Shown here: in pieces, positions 1 through 10,023 of the stretch
How positions within the stretch are numbered: position 1 is the stretch's first letter
Layout of the letters: each line of letters starts with the position of its first letter
IMG/VR virus record: IMGVR_UViG_3300037114_000073
Span: 427-64,426 of that record
DNA from: a virus
Lineage: Duplodnaviria; Caudoviricetes
Length of the DNA: 64,000 bases
Strand: one strand, 5' to 3'
Notes under the pieces: generated by a model
What the model was told of the DNA's origin: nothing
The model's input: the letters and a program-made list of their open reading frames with translations, nothing else
The model's database searches: none
Position numbers and translations under genes: made by a program

Positions 1-13
1 TAAAGGCTTAACT

Positions 14-940
14 TCACTGAGATGCAGTTTCATTAAGCCTCTCCATATATACACGAATAGCATCCTGCAACTTAGGATTAGCACCAGTAAAACGATACAA
101 GCCTTGCCAATCCTTTATAATATCAATACTGGGATTAAACGTATGGTCTACGAGTAGTTGTCTACCAGAAGTGTATTCTCTATTTTTCCTATGACCATGA
201 AAGTAATGAATAATCGTTCCTGGTAAGTATCCTATATTTCCTCTTATTACACTATATGCTCGATTTCCCCAGACTCTCCACTTATTACAGTATGGTGCTG
301 TATATCCTTTCTCGAATGATACTTCAACGTGACCTAATAATCCCATTGTTATTCCAAGGTCTGCACTAGCGGTAATCGCCCAATCTGGTAGCATTCCTAT
401 TTGAGATAGAACTGATTTTCTAATTGCCCAGGGACCACCAACTATTTTCTCATTTAATGATGCTAATTGACTCCAGTTTCTTTCTAATTGTATGTAAGAG
501 TAAATGTAACTTTCAACTCTTTCCTCTAATGGCATAAAATTTGCATCTAAATCTTGACTATGACTAAACATCTGAACTGCATCATAACGATGCAATAACT
601 TAATTGTATCTTCTGCCCAATTTGGATTTAACCAAATCTGATCCGGATCAGTCCAACAAATATACTCAGCACTTTCTGGTAGTCGTTGAATAAGTAAATT
701 TAATGCAGCTTCTCTTCCCCATATCTCACAATCAGTTTTAAGCTGCAAATGATGTGCATTATCTGGACTTGTAACTACAAACGGCGAATCTTTAAATGCA
801 ATCTCAGCTGTAAATAACGCAACTGCATATTTACTAGTAATATTATAAATATGATTTCTAAATATACTATAATTACGATATCTAGATTCCCATCCTAATT
901 TATTTTGCATTACACATAGAACATATAAAGTCTCATCCAT
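14..940 (-). CDS. Putative GT-A fold glycosyltransferase
   Basis: DxD-like WTDPD motif, GGPWA and late HYFHG motif; likely start at MDETL (940), directly after the queC stop. Confidence 0.55.
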   Translation of the reverse strand: MDETLYVLCVMQNKLGWESRYRNYSIFRNHIYNITSKYAVALFTAEIAFKDSPFVVTSPDNAHHLQLKTDCEIWGREAALNLLIQRLPESAEYICWTDPDQIWLNPNWAEDTIKLLHRYDAVQMFSHSQDLDANFMPLEERVESYIYSYIQLERNWSQLASLNEKIVGGPWAIRKSVLSQIGMLPDWAITASADLGITMGLLGHVEVSFEKGYTAPYCNKWRVWGNRAYSVIRGNIGYLPGTIIHYFHGHRKNREYTSGRQLLVDHTFNPSIDIIKDWQGLYRFTGANPKLQDAIRVYMERLNETASQ

Positions 941-942
941 AC

Positions 943-1752
943 TTAGCCTTTCAAGATAGTCTTTAAAACTGTTCCTGGTGTTATAGCACATAAGTTACGA
1001 TCATATGCACTCTTGTATGCTCTCCAAACATCCATGATCCACTTTCGTTTTTCCCACAAAGGAATACTAAGAAGTGATTTCTTAAACATATTCTTATTTG
1101 TACTTCTAGAACGTTTGAATTCTTCTATCCCCCAGAATACTGGATGCGAGAAGTAATCATCTATATCGTATAACTTATTGTTTTCAAAAGCAACCCATCT
1201 ATTAAAACATGGAGGACATTCTCCACACACAGTTCCTTTTAAACATCCTATTGTTTCACTGAGCTGGAATGGGGTGACTTTCTGATCTAACAGATATTTT
1301 ACGACTTGTGTTTTTGTTTTATTCCCAAACGGTGCAAGTAATTCAATCTTACTTTTTGCATGGTATAGATTTTCTTTTGTTTGGCTATCGAATAATCTTT
1401 GCATTCGACGTAGAAATGGAAACCCTTTGTCTTCGGATAATTCTCCATGTAACATTCCAAATAAAATTGTGTTTCCATATAGTGCTGCTATCTCGAGTAA
1501 AAATATATTTCTAAGTGGAACATGTCCAACTTTATCTGAGAAGATACCCATGAACTTCATATCAACTACTTTAAAGTCCAGGTTTAAATCAAAACACATT
1601 TTCTTAGCTTTTACTATCTCTGCTATAGTATATGACGTATCTAAATTAACATACAACCCCATTATATCCTTGTAACGTTCCTTTGCCCAGTAATAACAAG
1701 CTAACGAATCTAATCCTCCACTGAACAATACAATTACTTGGGAATCATCCAT
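943..1752 (-). CDS. queC: 7-cyano-7-deazaguanine synthase-like (QueC family) with C-terminal extension
   Basis: PP-loop LFSGGLDS, VPLRN, KTK, Zn motif C-x5-CGECPPC-x2-R; likely start MDDSQ at 1752. Confidence 0.85.
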   Translation of the reverse strand: MDDSQVIVLFSGGLDSLACYYWAKERYKDIMGLYVNLDTSYTIAEIVKAKKMCFDLNLDFKVVDMKFMGIFSDKVGHVPLRNIFLLEIAALYGNTILFGMLHGELSEDKGFPFLRRMQRLFDSQTKENLYHAKSKIELLAPFGNKTKTQVVKYLLDQKVTPFQLSETIGCLKGTVCGECPPCFNRWVAFENNKLYDIDDYFSHPVFWGIEEFKRSRSTNKNMFKKSLLSIPLWEKRKWIMDVWRAYKSAYDRNLCAITPGTVLKTILKG

Positions 1753-2288
1753 TACTCTTCCCCCTTCCAACTTTGATTATTTAATATTGCACTGATGTTC
1801 TGATGTGTAACTCCAAACTTATAGCCTAATCTTCTATGAGTATAACCTTTATATTTATATAACTTACGTATCTTATGCACATCCTCTTTGGTTAATTTTG
1901 AAAACCCTTGATCCTCTCCTTTAGCAGCATGCGTATAATCAGAACGCCCTTTCTTTACTCTATCTTTACTATTATCATCAGATGTCCCTAAAAATAAATG
2001 ATTAGGATTACAACAAGGTGGATTGTCACATTTATGACAAACTTGTAATTTTTCCTTTCCATGTCTTTTAGGAATTTTACCAATAAATAATCTATAAGCC
2101 ACTACATGAGCATAAACAGTATGACAATACTTACACTTAAAATACTTATGGCCATAATTATTATTATTGCACCCTTGAAATTCCCAACATTCATCAAATG
2201 CTCCAATACTAATTCTAGATAAAAATCTAGCTATCATTAAACATTTTCTAAACCTGGGATACTTCTTAGCTGATTCACTATGTGCCAT
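1752..2288 (-). CDS. HNH homing endonuclease with C-terminal HTH
   Basis: ECWEF, YGH, AHVVAY, VCHKCDNPPCCNPNHLFLGT motifs; KLT..IR HTH tail. Confidence 0.9.
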   Translation of the reverse strand: MAHSESAKKYPRFRKCLMIARFLSRISIGAFDECWEFQGCNNNNYGHKYFKCKYCHTVYAHVVAYRLFIGKIPKRHGKEKLQVCHKCDNPPCCNPNHLFLGTSDDNSKDRVKKGRSDYTHAAKGEDQGFSKLTKEDVHKIRKLYKYKGYTHRRLGYKFGVTHQNISAILNNQSWKGEE

Positions 2289-2300
2289 AATTCTTTATCC

Positions 2301-2648
2301 TTAAAATGTAAACAACGATCTCCTTTGCCAGATTTCCTGGTGTGTCCATTGATCCCAGATTACATGTACTAACGATTGTAATGCTGGTTTCCATCCAAAC
2401 ATTAACATTAGTACTGGAAAGTAAATCGTGTGTGAAAATCGATGTAAACGTAATAACACGGTTCCTTTAAGACTTATTTCTGGTGGAGTTATCCGATCTG
2501 TTTTAATCCAACTAATCAACATACAGATAACAAAAATACTGTCTGGTGCAAACTGCCAATACCATTTTCCTGGTAATAAAAGAGCAAACGTACAATGCCC
2601 AACTAAGTCTACTACTCGATATACTTCATCTCTTATAGTGTCGAGCAT
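2301..2648 (-). CDS. Small membrane protein, possible YdjM-like metal-dependent hydrolase
   Basis: Hydrophobic segments with GH, PD, HRFSH and H-x3-D-x3-H pattern. Confidence 0.4.
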   Translation of the reverse strand: MLDTIRDEVYRVVDLVGHCTFALLLPGKWYWQFAPDSIFVICMLISWIKTDRITPPEISLKGTVLLRLHRFSHTIYFPVLMLMFGWKPALQSLVHVIWDQWTHQEIWQRRSLFTF

Positions 2649-2939
2649 TGTACGTCCTTAAAATAAATTCACGGGGTGTACGGCGTTTCTCAGAGCTCGG
2701 TCTATGGGATATAAGCACTTAGTCTTAACATCCGATCCCTTACCCTTCGCCTATAGAGTCATCAACCCCGTGAAACTTTTAAATTTTCGTAGTGGCAAGC
2801 ACCTGGGTATGTGCTAACATCCTTTGGCCAAGAACATTCTAGAGTACCCGTCCGAGGATCAATCATGCCTCTAGTGCCACTACGTATTCTGCACGCTTTA
2901 CTGACAACCTTATATCTGATTGCCATGCGTGCATTCTTT

Positions 2940-3410
2940 TTACCGGAATGCTTTAGGGTCTTTCTTAAGATTAAGCATTCTATAGCGATCATGCGAATCG
3001 TCAAATTCCCATCTCCAACCTTTGGTATCTCCTGCTTTAACAGTTCGGAGCATTCCAGCAGCACTGCATTCCATTTTCTTACACATTTTAACAAAATCCT
3101 TGTGCTTCATTCCTCCCTTTTTAATTAGTTCCTTAGCAAGTTTATTAGCACAGGAATCTGGTTGATAAGGTTCTTTCCAACTCTTCCACTGTGGCCCTTT
3201 AGGACCACGTGTTCCTTCTTTCTTAGACTTCTTATCTTTACCCTTAGCCTTCTTTTCCTTTTTCTCTTTCTTCACTTTCTTACCTTTCTTCTTGCTCTTC
3301 TTACTGGAGGAATCACTAGCACTGCTATTGGATGCACTGCTATCGGAACTGCTTGCATTAGAACTGGAACTATCTGACGCTTCATCCTTATCCTTCTTAT
3401 GTTTTGCCAT
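2940..3410 (-). CDS. Lys-rich, histone H1-like basic protein with Ser-rich tract
   Basis: Composition: SDSSSSNASSSDSSAS tract followed by KKEKKEKKAK tract; GGAG RBS. Confidence 0.6.
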   Translation of the reverse strand: MAKHKKDKDEASDSSSSNASSSDSSASNSSASDSSSKKSKKKGKKVKKEKKEKKAKGKDKKSKKEGTRGPKGPQWKSWKEPYQPDSCANKLAKELIKKGGMKHKDFVKMCKKMECSAAGMLRTVKAGDTKGWRWEFDDSHDRYRMLNLKKDPKAFR

Positions 3411-3715
3411 CGTTATTCTCCTTTATTTTAATGCATCGGAATTAATTACAAATGTACCTGCTTGATAACTAGTACTAGGCATTGATCCAGCTGTGGTGTA
3501 TGTTGGGGCATAAGAATTATCAATTAATGCTCTATTACTTATCTGCCCTATAGATAATGGAGCTACTACTTTGTAAAAATCCTGTGTCGGATATTGCATT
3601 GCTTTCTTAAATTGTTCTACGGTATCATCTTCATCACCATCCGTATCTAAATGCCTCAATTTTCCCATAGCTGATGGCTTCGCCGCTTTCTGCTTTTCTT
3701 CTTTAACAGAAGCGG

Positions 3716-3946
3716 CTACAAAGGGCGGATGATTATCTCAACATCATCTAGTTTATTATCGTATTCAGGTGGAATGCTTTTAGCTGCCATCATTCCAACT
3801 TCTTTTTCACTAGTTGCAAGGATAGAAGTAATATCCTTTACGATGATTGACTTCTTATCGTCCAAAGGATTACCAGCTGCATCCTTCTTTTCCTTAGGAT
3901 GATATAGAACTGCATATTCGAACAACTTTCCTTTTGCCATTTTCAT
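3716..3946 (-). CDS. Hypothetical protein
   Basis: ORF with AAGGAG RBS in the operon. Confidence 0.6.
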   Translation of the reverse strand: MKMAKGKLFEYAVLYHPKEKKDAAGNPLDDKKSIIVKDITSILATSEKEVGMMAAKSIPPEYDNKLDDVEIIIRPL

Positions 3947-3957
3947 TCTCCTTAATT

Positions 3958-4299
3958 TTAGTCCAATTCAACCATTGCTAATATACTAGAATAGGGACTC
4001 ATTCGTGCATGGAGTGATTTAGTTAATTTCGGTCCATTCGGTAGTCCAACAATTGTTAATTCATCAGGTATATGCATTCGATTTTCATCTGAAGATTGCT
4101 GATACTCACAAACTGCTGCATGTGTAAATACTGGATTTTCATTAACCATTACACATATTTGCTGATTAAACGTTACTAACACCTTTTTAGTAACAAATGC
4201 TAGTGCTTCAGTTTTAGCTTCCTGTACTGCCATACTAATATTCCTTTCTGTGATTGATGAACGATTTACATATAACACTATCCTGACATTCCTGGCCAC
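3958..4299 (-). CDS. Hypothetical protein (start probably internal, MAVQE)
   Basis: ORF in the operon. Confidence 0.5.
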   Translation of the reverse strand: MARNVRIVLYVNRSSITERNISMAVQEAKTEALAFVTKKVLVTFNQQICVMVNENPVFTHAAVCEYQQSSDENRMHIPDELTIVGLPNGPKLTKSLHARMSPYSSILAMVELD

Positions 4300-4465
4300 A
4301 TGCTACTGTACTACTGTCATACATCTTTTTCTTCCCAAAACATCGTGCTTTACTTTTGTACATACTCTGGTAACAATTTAAACATACACCTGTACTTGGA
4401 AAGTATCTTCCTTCTTGTACATCTTCTAACTTATAACGCTCCGGACATTGTGAACATGCAAACAT
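4235..4465 (-). CDS. Cys-rich small protein
   Basis: CxxC, CxxC, CFGK and C-x3-C-x5-C pattern. Confidence 0.55.
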   Translation of the reverse strand: MFACSQCPERYKLEDVQEGRYFPSTGVCLNCYQSMYKSKARCFGKKKMYDSSTVACGQECQDSVICKSFINHRKEY

Positions 4466-4965
4466 TATCGAAAACTCGGTTCATCCCAACGTTCAATAAT
4501 AAATCGAGTTCTACCGTTGTCGTTAGTGATTAGCAAGAATGGATCTTTTTCATCTGATTTTCTTGATTCATCACTAATAAAGAATTTCATAGTTGGACAC
4601 TCTGCTAGAATTGATTCTACTGTCTTTAAAACAGCAAATGGAACTGGCTTTTTATAAATTGTTTCCGAATCTCCAAAATTAAATCCTTGTACTACATCTG
4701 CAGCGCGCAATGGATACCATAACCAACGTATGAACTTTTCATTCAAATAATTCTTAACCTCCTCATAATCATATATACGCAATCCCAATCTACCAACTAG
4801 TACTGGAATTGTTATTACACCTAGTTTCTTGCACATTTCATAATATTCATCTGTAGGTTGTTCACTATATTCAGTTGCAACTGGTACTGGGGTAGGCGTT
4901 TCTTCTTCATCTTCTTCAACTGGAGAAGAATCTACGACTTCAACTACTTTTTTATTGAACCACAT
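4465..4965 (-). CDS. Hypothetical protein
   Basis: AAGGAG RBS; tight packing with neighbours. Confidence 0.6.
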   Translation of the reverse strand: MWFNKKVVEVVDSSPVEEDEEETPTPVPVATEYSEQPTDEYYEMCKKLGVITIPVLVGRLGLRIYDYEEVKNYLNEKFIRWLWYPLRAADVVQGFNFGDSETIYKKPVPFAVLKTVESILAECPTMKFFISDESRKSDEKDPFLLITNDNGRTRFIIERWDEPSFR

Positions 4966-4976
4966 AAATTTCTCCT

Positions 4977-5282
4977 TTAGCTTAAATGTTTACTAATAGC
5001 TCCAGCGATTTCCGTCATGAATATTGCGCCCTTAGGAATCTTAATCTTCTTGCCACGCATTTCAATTGTACGTTTGTCTTTAATCAACTTCTTAAATATA
5101 GGTTCCATCCTTTCATCACACTGGATAATGCGACCATCTTCATGCTTCTGATTTAACTTGTGCTTCTTTATATGCTTCCAGATTGATTTCGTGACTTCTT
5201 TCCTTGATAGTTTCTTTTCTTTTACTATTGCTTGTAGTTCCTCACTGCACTTCATTTCCTTATCTAACCCTTTACCTGCCAT
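4977..5282 (-). CDS. Stand-alone SWIB/MDM2 domain protein
   Basis: SEELQAIV...SRKEVTKSIWKHIKKHKL...IQCDERMEPIF matches the SWIB pattern. Confidence 0.85.
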   Translation of the reverse strand: MAGKGLDKEMKCSEELQAIVKEKKLSRKEVTKSIWKHIKKHKLNQKHEDGRIIQCDERMEPIFKKLIKDKRTIEMRGKKIKIPKGAIFMTEIAGAISKHLS

Positions 5283-5299
5283 ATTGTTTCTCCTTTAAT

Positions 5300-6076
5300 T
5301 TATAACATCCTCTCAACTATAGGCGTTGGATTCGAAAGATCATATGGAATTCCTAACAACTTCCTAGATAAACTATCTAAACATCCTGGTGATCGAATTA
5401 AATGCAAACAATCACTGCACGTTACATTATGACACTTACATAATTCCCTAAATTCCTTTGATACTCTTTTAAATCGTTTTCCACTCTTATGTATTCTGGT
5501 ATTGACATCTTTACAAAGGAACCACTGCACGAATGCGACTTGCATTGGAAATGATGCTTGTCTGTATATTTCTTGCAAGGCAGGAACAACTACACACTCG
5601 GTTAGCAGATTATCGATTATTGACTGTGGAGATACTACCAATGCTGGAATGAATCCAACTACATCATCTAACGATGCTTCTCCTCTCTGAGATAATCTTT
5701 GTTCCATAGCTTGCATTGAAATATGTGGAATTGGTTTTCCTTGTGTTGTCTTTGATTTAAATGGTCGTGTCCATCCTCTTTGTTGTGCTGAATGAAACTC
5801 GAGATATTCATTTATATAGAACTGATGTAACCTGTGATATGCAGCTGTACTGAATGATGCTAACTCAGGATTATACTTGTAACTCAAACTAACAAGCTGT
5901 ACCATTCCATCTTCTATCATGTCCTCTACTCCAATCCAAATACGTGTCTGGATTGAAAGTCTTCGCCACGCTTTCCACGCTAGCATGGCAACTAATGAGC
6001 GATAACTTTCAAGATTGATAGATGACTTTTTACGTCTCACTTGTTGTAGACTCCTTATACAAAAGAAAATGTCCAT
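5300..6076 (-). CDS. Phage sigma70-family-like factor
   Basis: Region 2-like EDMIEDGMVQL...KYNPELASFSTAAY. Confidence 0.6.
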   Translation of the reverse strand: MDIFFCIRSLQQVRRKKSSINLESYRSLVAMLAWKAWRRLSIQTRIWIGVEDMIEDGMVQLVSLSYKYNPELASFSTAAYHRLHQFYINEYLEFHSAQQRGWTRPFKSKTTQGKPIPHISMQAMEQRLSQRGEASLDDVVGFIPALVVSPQSIIDNLLTECVVVPALQEIYRQASFPMQVAFVQWFLCKDVNTRIHKSGKRFKRVSKEFRELCKCHNVTCSDCLHLIRSPGCLDSLSRKLLGIPYDLSNPTPIVERML

Positions 6077-6102
6077 GAGGACGAAGCCCCAAGGACAGGA
6101 TA

Positions 6103-6131
6103 ATTATAATGAATTTTCGTGCATTTGTCAA
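6103..6131 (-). promoter_or_regulatory. Perfect-consensus sigma70 promoter
   Basis: TTGACA-N17-TATAAT upstream of the sigma-like gene. Confidence 0.85.
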
Positions 6132-6161
6132 TCTATATTTCATGCAATGAATATAAGGTTC

Positions 6162-7307
6162 TCAAGGTATTTGCCAGAGCTCAGTTCTACGTGCAAGGAT
6201 CGATGCAAGTTCGTACCTTGTAAGTGAGAAACTTACCCTCCTAAATGCATCTGGTGATTTCCCTTTTGCATGTCTATAAAAACGACTATTCTTTACAAGG
6301 CTCTCAAATATTGGAAACAACTTTTCTCTGACATCTCTACTCAACAACTTATCATCTGGATCACAAACTAGTTTGCACAACTTGTAGTTGCCATGTAACG
6401 CTGGCCATACATGTTCAATTCCACCTGGGAAGTATTTACCAAAATCTTGTCTTGCATCATCTGATATATGCTCACATACGGACTGGGAAGGATCTATTCC
6501 TGCTTCCAGCATTTGTTTAGCTCTGACGGGCCCTATCTTTTTTAAATGTGGCAAGTTATCAGATGAATCTCCAGTTAATGCACGATACTTGGTCCAATCT
6601 TCCACACTGACTCCGTATTCATTTAATACGTCATCTGCTTTTACTTTAGTTAATTTTCCTTCCTTCATCTTGGTAATTATTCTGACTTGTGGCCACGCAA
6701 GTAACTGGTAGAAATCTCTATCTCCACTGTTTATGTATACTTTGCAATCCTCATCTAATTCAATAAAACGTTTCGCTAACATCGCTATCATATCATCACA
6801 TTCTAGTGCGGGGACTTCAAAGTTTCGAATTCCCATTCCTTCTAATATCATCTTAAGTACTGGTATTTGGAGCAATGCTCGTTCTCTTGGAGTTTCAGGA
6901 TACTTTGGTTTCTTACCTTTTTTCTTCTCATCTTCTGGATGATGCCGATTGGCTTTATAACCTTTGGCTTTTATTTTCTTCTTTGCTTCATTCATTCCAA
7001 AATAATCCAAAGATTGCTGAACCATTATATCCGTATAAGCACTTAATTCTGATTCTTCTGGTTCGGGTAGAGTATCTAATTGTGGTAATGTAGACATAAA
7101 TTTATGACGCCACGTTTCTCCTCTTCCGTCCCATACCCACACTATTGCTGCATCTGGTAACTTGGTATGAATACTTAGCATAGAAGTAAGACACCCATAT
7201 ATCGCTCCAGTTGGCTTTCCAGAACTAGTTGTTAAAAAATTATGAACATGTGCCTGACGAAAAATTTGATTTCTGCCATCAATTAAGACAACCTGGCTTC
7301 GTACCAT
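6162..7307 (-). CDS. 5'-3' exonuclease / flap endonuclease (PolI N-terminal-like)
   Basis: LIDG, YKANR, ECDD, SGDRDFYQL, LTGDSSDNLP..IGP motifs. Confidence 0.92.
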   Translation of the reverse strand: MVRSQVVLIDGRNQIFRQAHVHNFLTTSSGKPTGAIYGCLTSMLSIHTKLPDAAIVWVWDGRGETWRHKFMSTLPQLDTLPEPEESELSAYTDIMVQQSLDYFGMNEAKKKIKAKGYKANRHHPEDEKKKGKKPKYPETPRERALLQIPVLKMILEGMGIRNFEVPALECDDMIAMLAKRFIELDEDCKVYINSGDRDFYQLLAWPQVRIITKMKEGKLTKVKADDVLNEYGVSVEDWTKYRALTGDSSDNLPHLKKIGPVRAKQMLEAGIDPSQSVCEHISDDARQDFGKYFPGGIEHVWPALHGNYKLCKLVCDPDDKLLSRDVREKLFPIFESLVKNSRFYRHAKGKSPDAFRRVSFSLTRYELASILARRTELWQIP

Positions 7308-8041
7308 ATAACCCCCTTTAAAAAAGTAGGGTGGTAATTTTTAATAGCGTATTCTGTTAATCGTAATACTTTGTAACCATTTTTCTTATATACTACATCT
7401 TTAATTTTATCTCGCCTAATTCTATCCGGTAGAGAATGCCAATATGTTCCGTCACACTCAATAACTAAACTGTTCTCAATTAAAAAATCAGCGATAAATC
7501 CACAAATATGTGCTTGAGCTTTATACTTCAGTTTCATTTCAACTAATAATTTTTCAACTGCAACCTCAATTTTAGTGGGACGACTGCGTAAAGCTTTTGC
7601 TAAATTTTTCCAGTACTGTGGATTGTGTTTTTGTCGTTTTAACGCCCTGGCATTCCTCCTTATCCAATCTGGATCATTACTTCTTTTCCTTGCACCTTCC
7701 ATCATTTTAGATCTATTATTTTGCCACAAGTTTGAAAACATATTACTAAAAAATTTATGAGCCTCAGGAATACGCATCCAATGACCTAAACAATAGTCTG
7801 ATCCCGGTGATTTAGGAGTTTCACCACATCCACACTTACAAAAATCATTCCTATTACGTAATTTTTCCTTTAACTTATTTATTTCATATTGTTCTTCTTC
7901 AGCTTTTTCAACAGATGTTAATTTCAATTTATGTACCCGAACCATATGTTTTCTATATTCTTCATTTTCCCATTGATGTGTAACAATTCTACTTATACGT
8001 CTGCGAGTTTTCTTCGAATGTTTGCATTCTCCCTTAGGCAT
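7283..8041 (-). CDS. DUF559/Vsr-like homing endonuclease
   Basis: CKCGCGE module; ADF..IECDGTYWH..D..KD..GYKVLR. Confidence 0.8.
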   Translation of the reverse strand: MPKGECKHSKKTRRRISRIVTHQWENEEYRKHMVRVHKLKLTSVEKAEEEQYEINKLKEKLRNRNDFCKCGCGETPKSPGSDYCLGHWMRIPEAHKFFSNMFSNLWQNNRSKMMEGARKRSNDPDWIRRNARALKRQKHNPQYWKNLAKALRSRPTKIEVAVEKLLVEMKLKYKAQAHICGFIADFLIENSLVIECDGTYWHSLPDRIRRDKIKDVVYKKNGYKVLRLTEYAIKNYHPTFLKGVIWYEARLS

Positions 8042-8453
8042 ATATCACCAATTAATAACCTGTTAAATTATGCTCTTCATTTCGATCATCACTTGCATGC
8101 CTAAACCAATCAGTATAATATTCATTATACTTAACTATTTGAAACGCACCCTGGCGGTCCTCATGACTTATAGATAAATTATACTTTTTACATACAGCAA
8201 TAATTGCATCAGTAAATTCTTCTAAATCCTGCACTACAACAAATTCTTTACCATTCCATTCATAACTCATATGTTACCTTAGTGCTTTCCAAATATCTGT
8301 TCAAAGTGTGATAATTTACCTGTCCTGTCCAAGATTTCTTTTATCTCCATCAACAGTAGTACACATTCTTTTTGTAATCTATACCCAATTGTAGAAGCTG
8401 TATCATTATCTGCACCCCAAAATTGCATACGCTCTACTTCGTCTTTAGTTAGT

Positions 8454-9401
8454 CTACTCATCAAACGCCCTCCAAGCAGCTAATTTCTCAACTAACGATT
8501 CTGTGAATGTTTCCGCTCTCTCCAACCTACTTTTTATTTCTGATGTTTCCATTTCATCTGGGTCACGCTTATCGAATGAATCACCTTCAATCATTCCTTT
8601 TGGTAAGATAACTTTTACAATCTTATCTTTTAACTTATTTCGTATAGAGATTAATCCTTCTACGCCGGCATCATCTGGGTCCATCCATAGAACTATTCTT
8701 TTGTAATGTTTTAATAATCCTACCTGGTCATCTTTCAACGAGTGTCCTAGAAGTCCTAAGGAATCTATTCCTAACTTTTTAGAAGCATGTTCTATTACTA
8801 GTGCTGTAATTACTGATTCGCTTAATACACAGGTACTATGTTTCTTTTCTGGCAAATTGTAAATACACTTAGCTCCTACTGAATTCTTGTATTTAGGTTC
8901 TTGCTTACCTGTGAAATCTCTTCCTACTAATCCTGTAAGTACTCCACTTAAATAGACTGGAAACACAACTCTATAAGCCATGGGACCGATTAGAGAATAT
9001 CCTATTTTATTATCTCGTATTTGGTCACTAGTAATACCTCTTTTTCTTACAAAATCTCTTGCACGCCAAAACCAAGAATCTTCTTTATGACGTACCTTAA
9101 CTAATAATTCAAACCCCTCTGGAAGTTCTAGTTCCATATGTTTTTTCTTCCGTTTGCGTTTTTCTTGCTGTGCTTCTATATCTCCTGTGTCTAACGCTTC
9201 CTGTAACTTATTGAATGTATACTCTCCATAACCTTTCCAACCACATCCATCGTTGAAACAACTGGCTAATCCACTTCTTACATTTACACCTAAACGGAAT
9301 CTCTGCTCATAACAAAACGGACAACAGATAAATATCTCTTCATCATCTCTTCCCTGGTGATAATCTATTTCTGCTGCTTCGAGAGCATCAATCAGATTCA
9401 T
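8454..9401 (-). CDS. DNA primase
   Basis: N-terminal Zn finger CPFC..CF..GC, GR, PKY and TOPRIM E..DPDDAG, DPD. Confidence 0.88.
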   Translation of the reverse strand: MNLIDALEAAEIDYHQGRDDEEIFICCPFCYEQRFRLGVNVRSGLASCFNDGCGWKGYGEYTFNKLQEALDTGDIEAQQEKRKRKKKHMELELPEGFELLVKVRHKEDSWFWRARDFVRKRGITSDQIRDNKIGYSLIGPMAYRVVFPVYLSGVLTGLVGRDFTGKQEPKYKNSVGAKCIYNLPEKKHSTCVLSESVITALVIEHASKKLGIDSLGLLGHSLKDDQVGLLKHYKRIVLWMDPDDAGVEGLISIRNKLKDKIVKVILPKGMIEGDSFDKRDPDEMETSEIKSRLERAETFTESLVEKLAAWRAFDE

Positions 9402-9533
9402 AATTAATCTTTAGTTTCATGGAAAATATACGTTTATTCGCCACAAAATAATACCTAATCCTATAATAAGAAATACAACTAAACTTAAAGCAATTCGTCT
9501 AAGAATTATTTGGGGATTTATATACTTAACTCC

Positions 9534-9842
9534 CTAAGCTCTTTCGTTTGACTTCTCTGGAGGAAAATCCCCCAAGTCGTAATCCTTCAGCTTCAGAAAT
9601 ACATGCCACTCGCAGCCGCTGGCGTCTTCCGGGTACACGGTGCCGCGTTTGTGATAGAAACTAGCCGTCACTGTGCCGTCTGCATGAACGTGATGCAGGC
9701 CAATCCCCGACCACTGACCGCAGTTGCAACGAATGAGCGGCTTGAGGTACTTGCCGTCCTGTGTGACTGGCGACCAACCAGGACTTTTTGCATACCAGTC
9801 ATCGCCTTCCGTGATCTTAGGAATTTCTATGAAATCAGCCAC
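9534..9842 (-). CDS. Hypothetical Cys/His protein in GC-rich island
   Basis: CNCG..H..CEWH; markedly higher GC than flanks. Confidence 0.6.
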   Translation of the reverse strand: MADFIEIPKITEGDDWYAKSPGWSPVTQDGKYLKPLIRCNCGQWSGIGLHHVHADGTVTASFYHKRGTVYPEDASGCEWHVFLKLKDYDLGDFPPEKSNERA

Positions 9843-10023
9843 CGAAACCTCTAGCGATCTGCGAATTAATCATGACCTCAATCCGCTGTTGTTCGTCGTG
9901 CTCAAGAGGGCCGTTGGCTTTCGTCCATTCCGCAGCACGTTCAATGCGCTCGGTAAGGTCATCCATGCCGTCTATAAGCGTCCATCCATCAGTGATCTCC
10001 GCGAATTCAGCACGCATTTTCAA
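9835..10023 (-). CDS. Hypothetical protein in GC-rich island
   Basis: GGAG RBS; overlaps the next gene. Confidence 0.5.
   Translation of the reverse strand: MKMRAEFAEITDGWTLIDGMDDLTERIERAAEWTKANGPLEHDEQQRIEVMINSQIARGFGG

Noticed and set aside
2650-2761. Intergenic stretch as a structured RNA
   Set aside because: No convincing stems or known motif by eye
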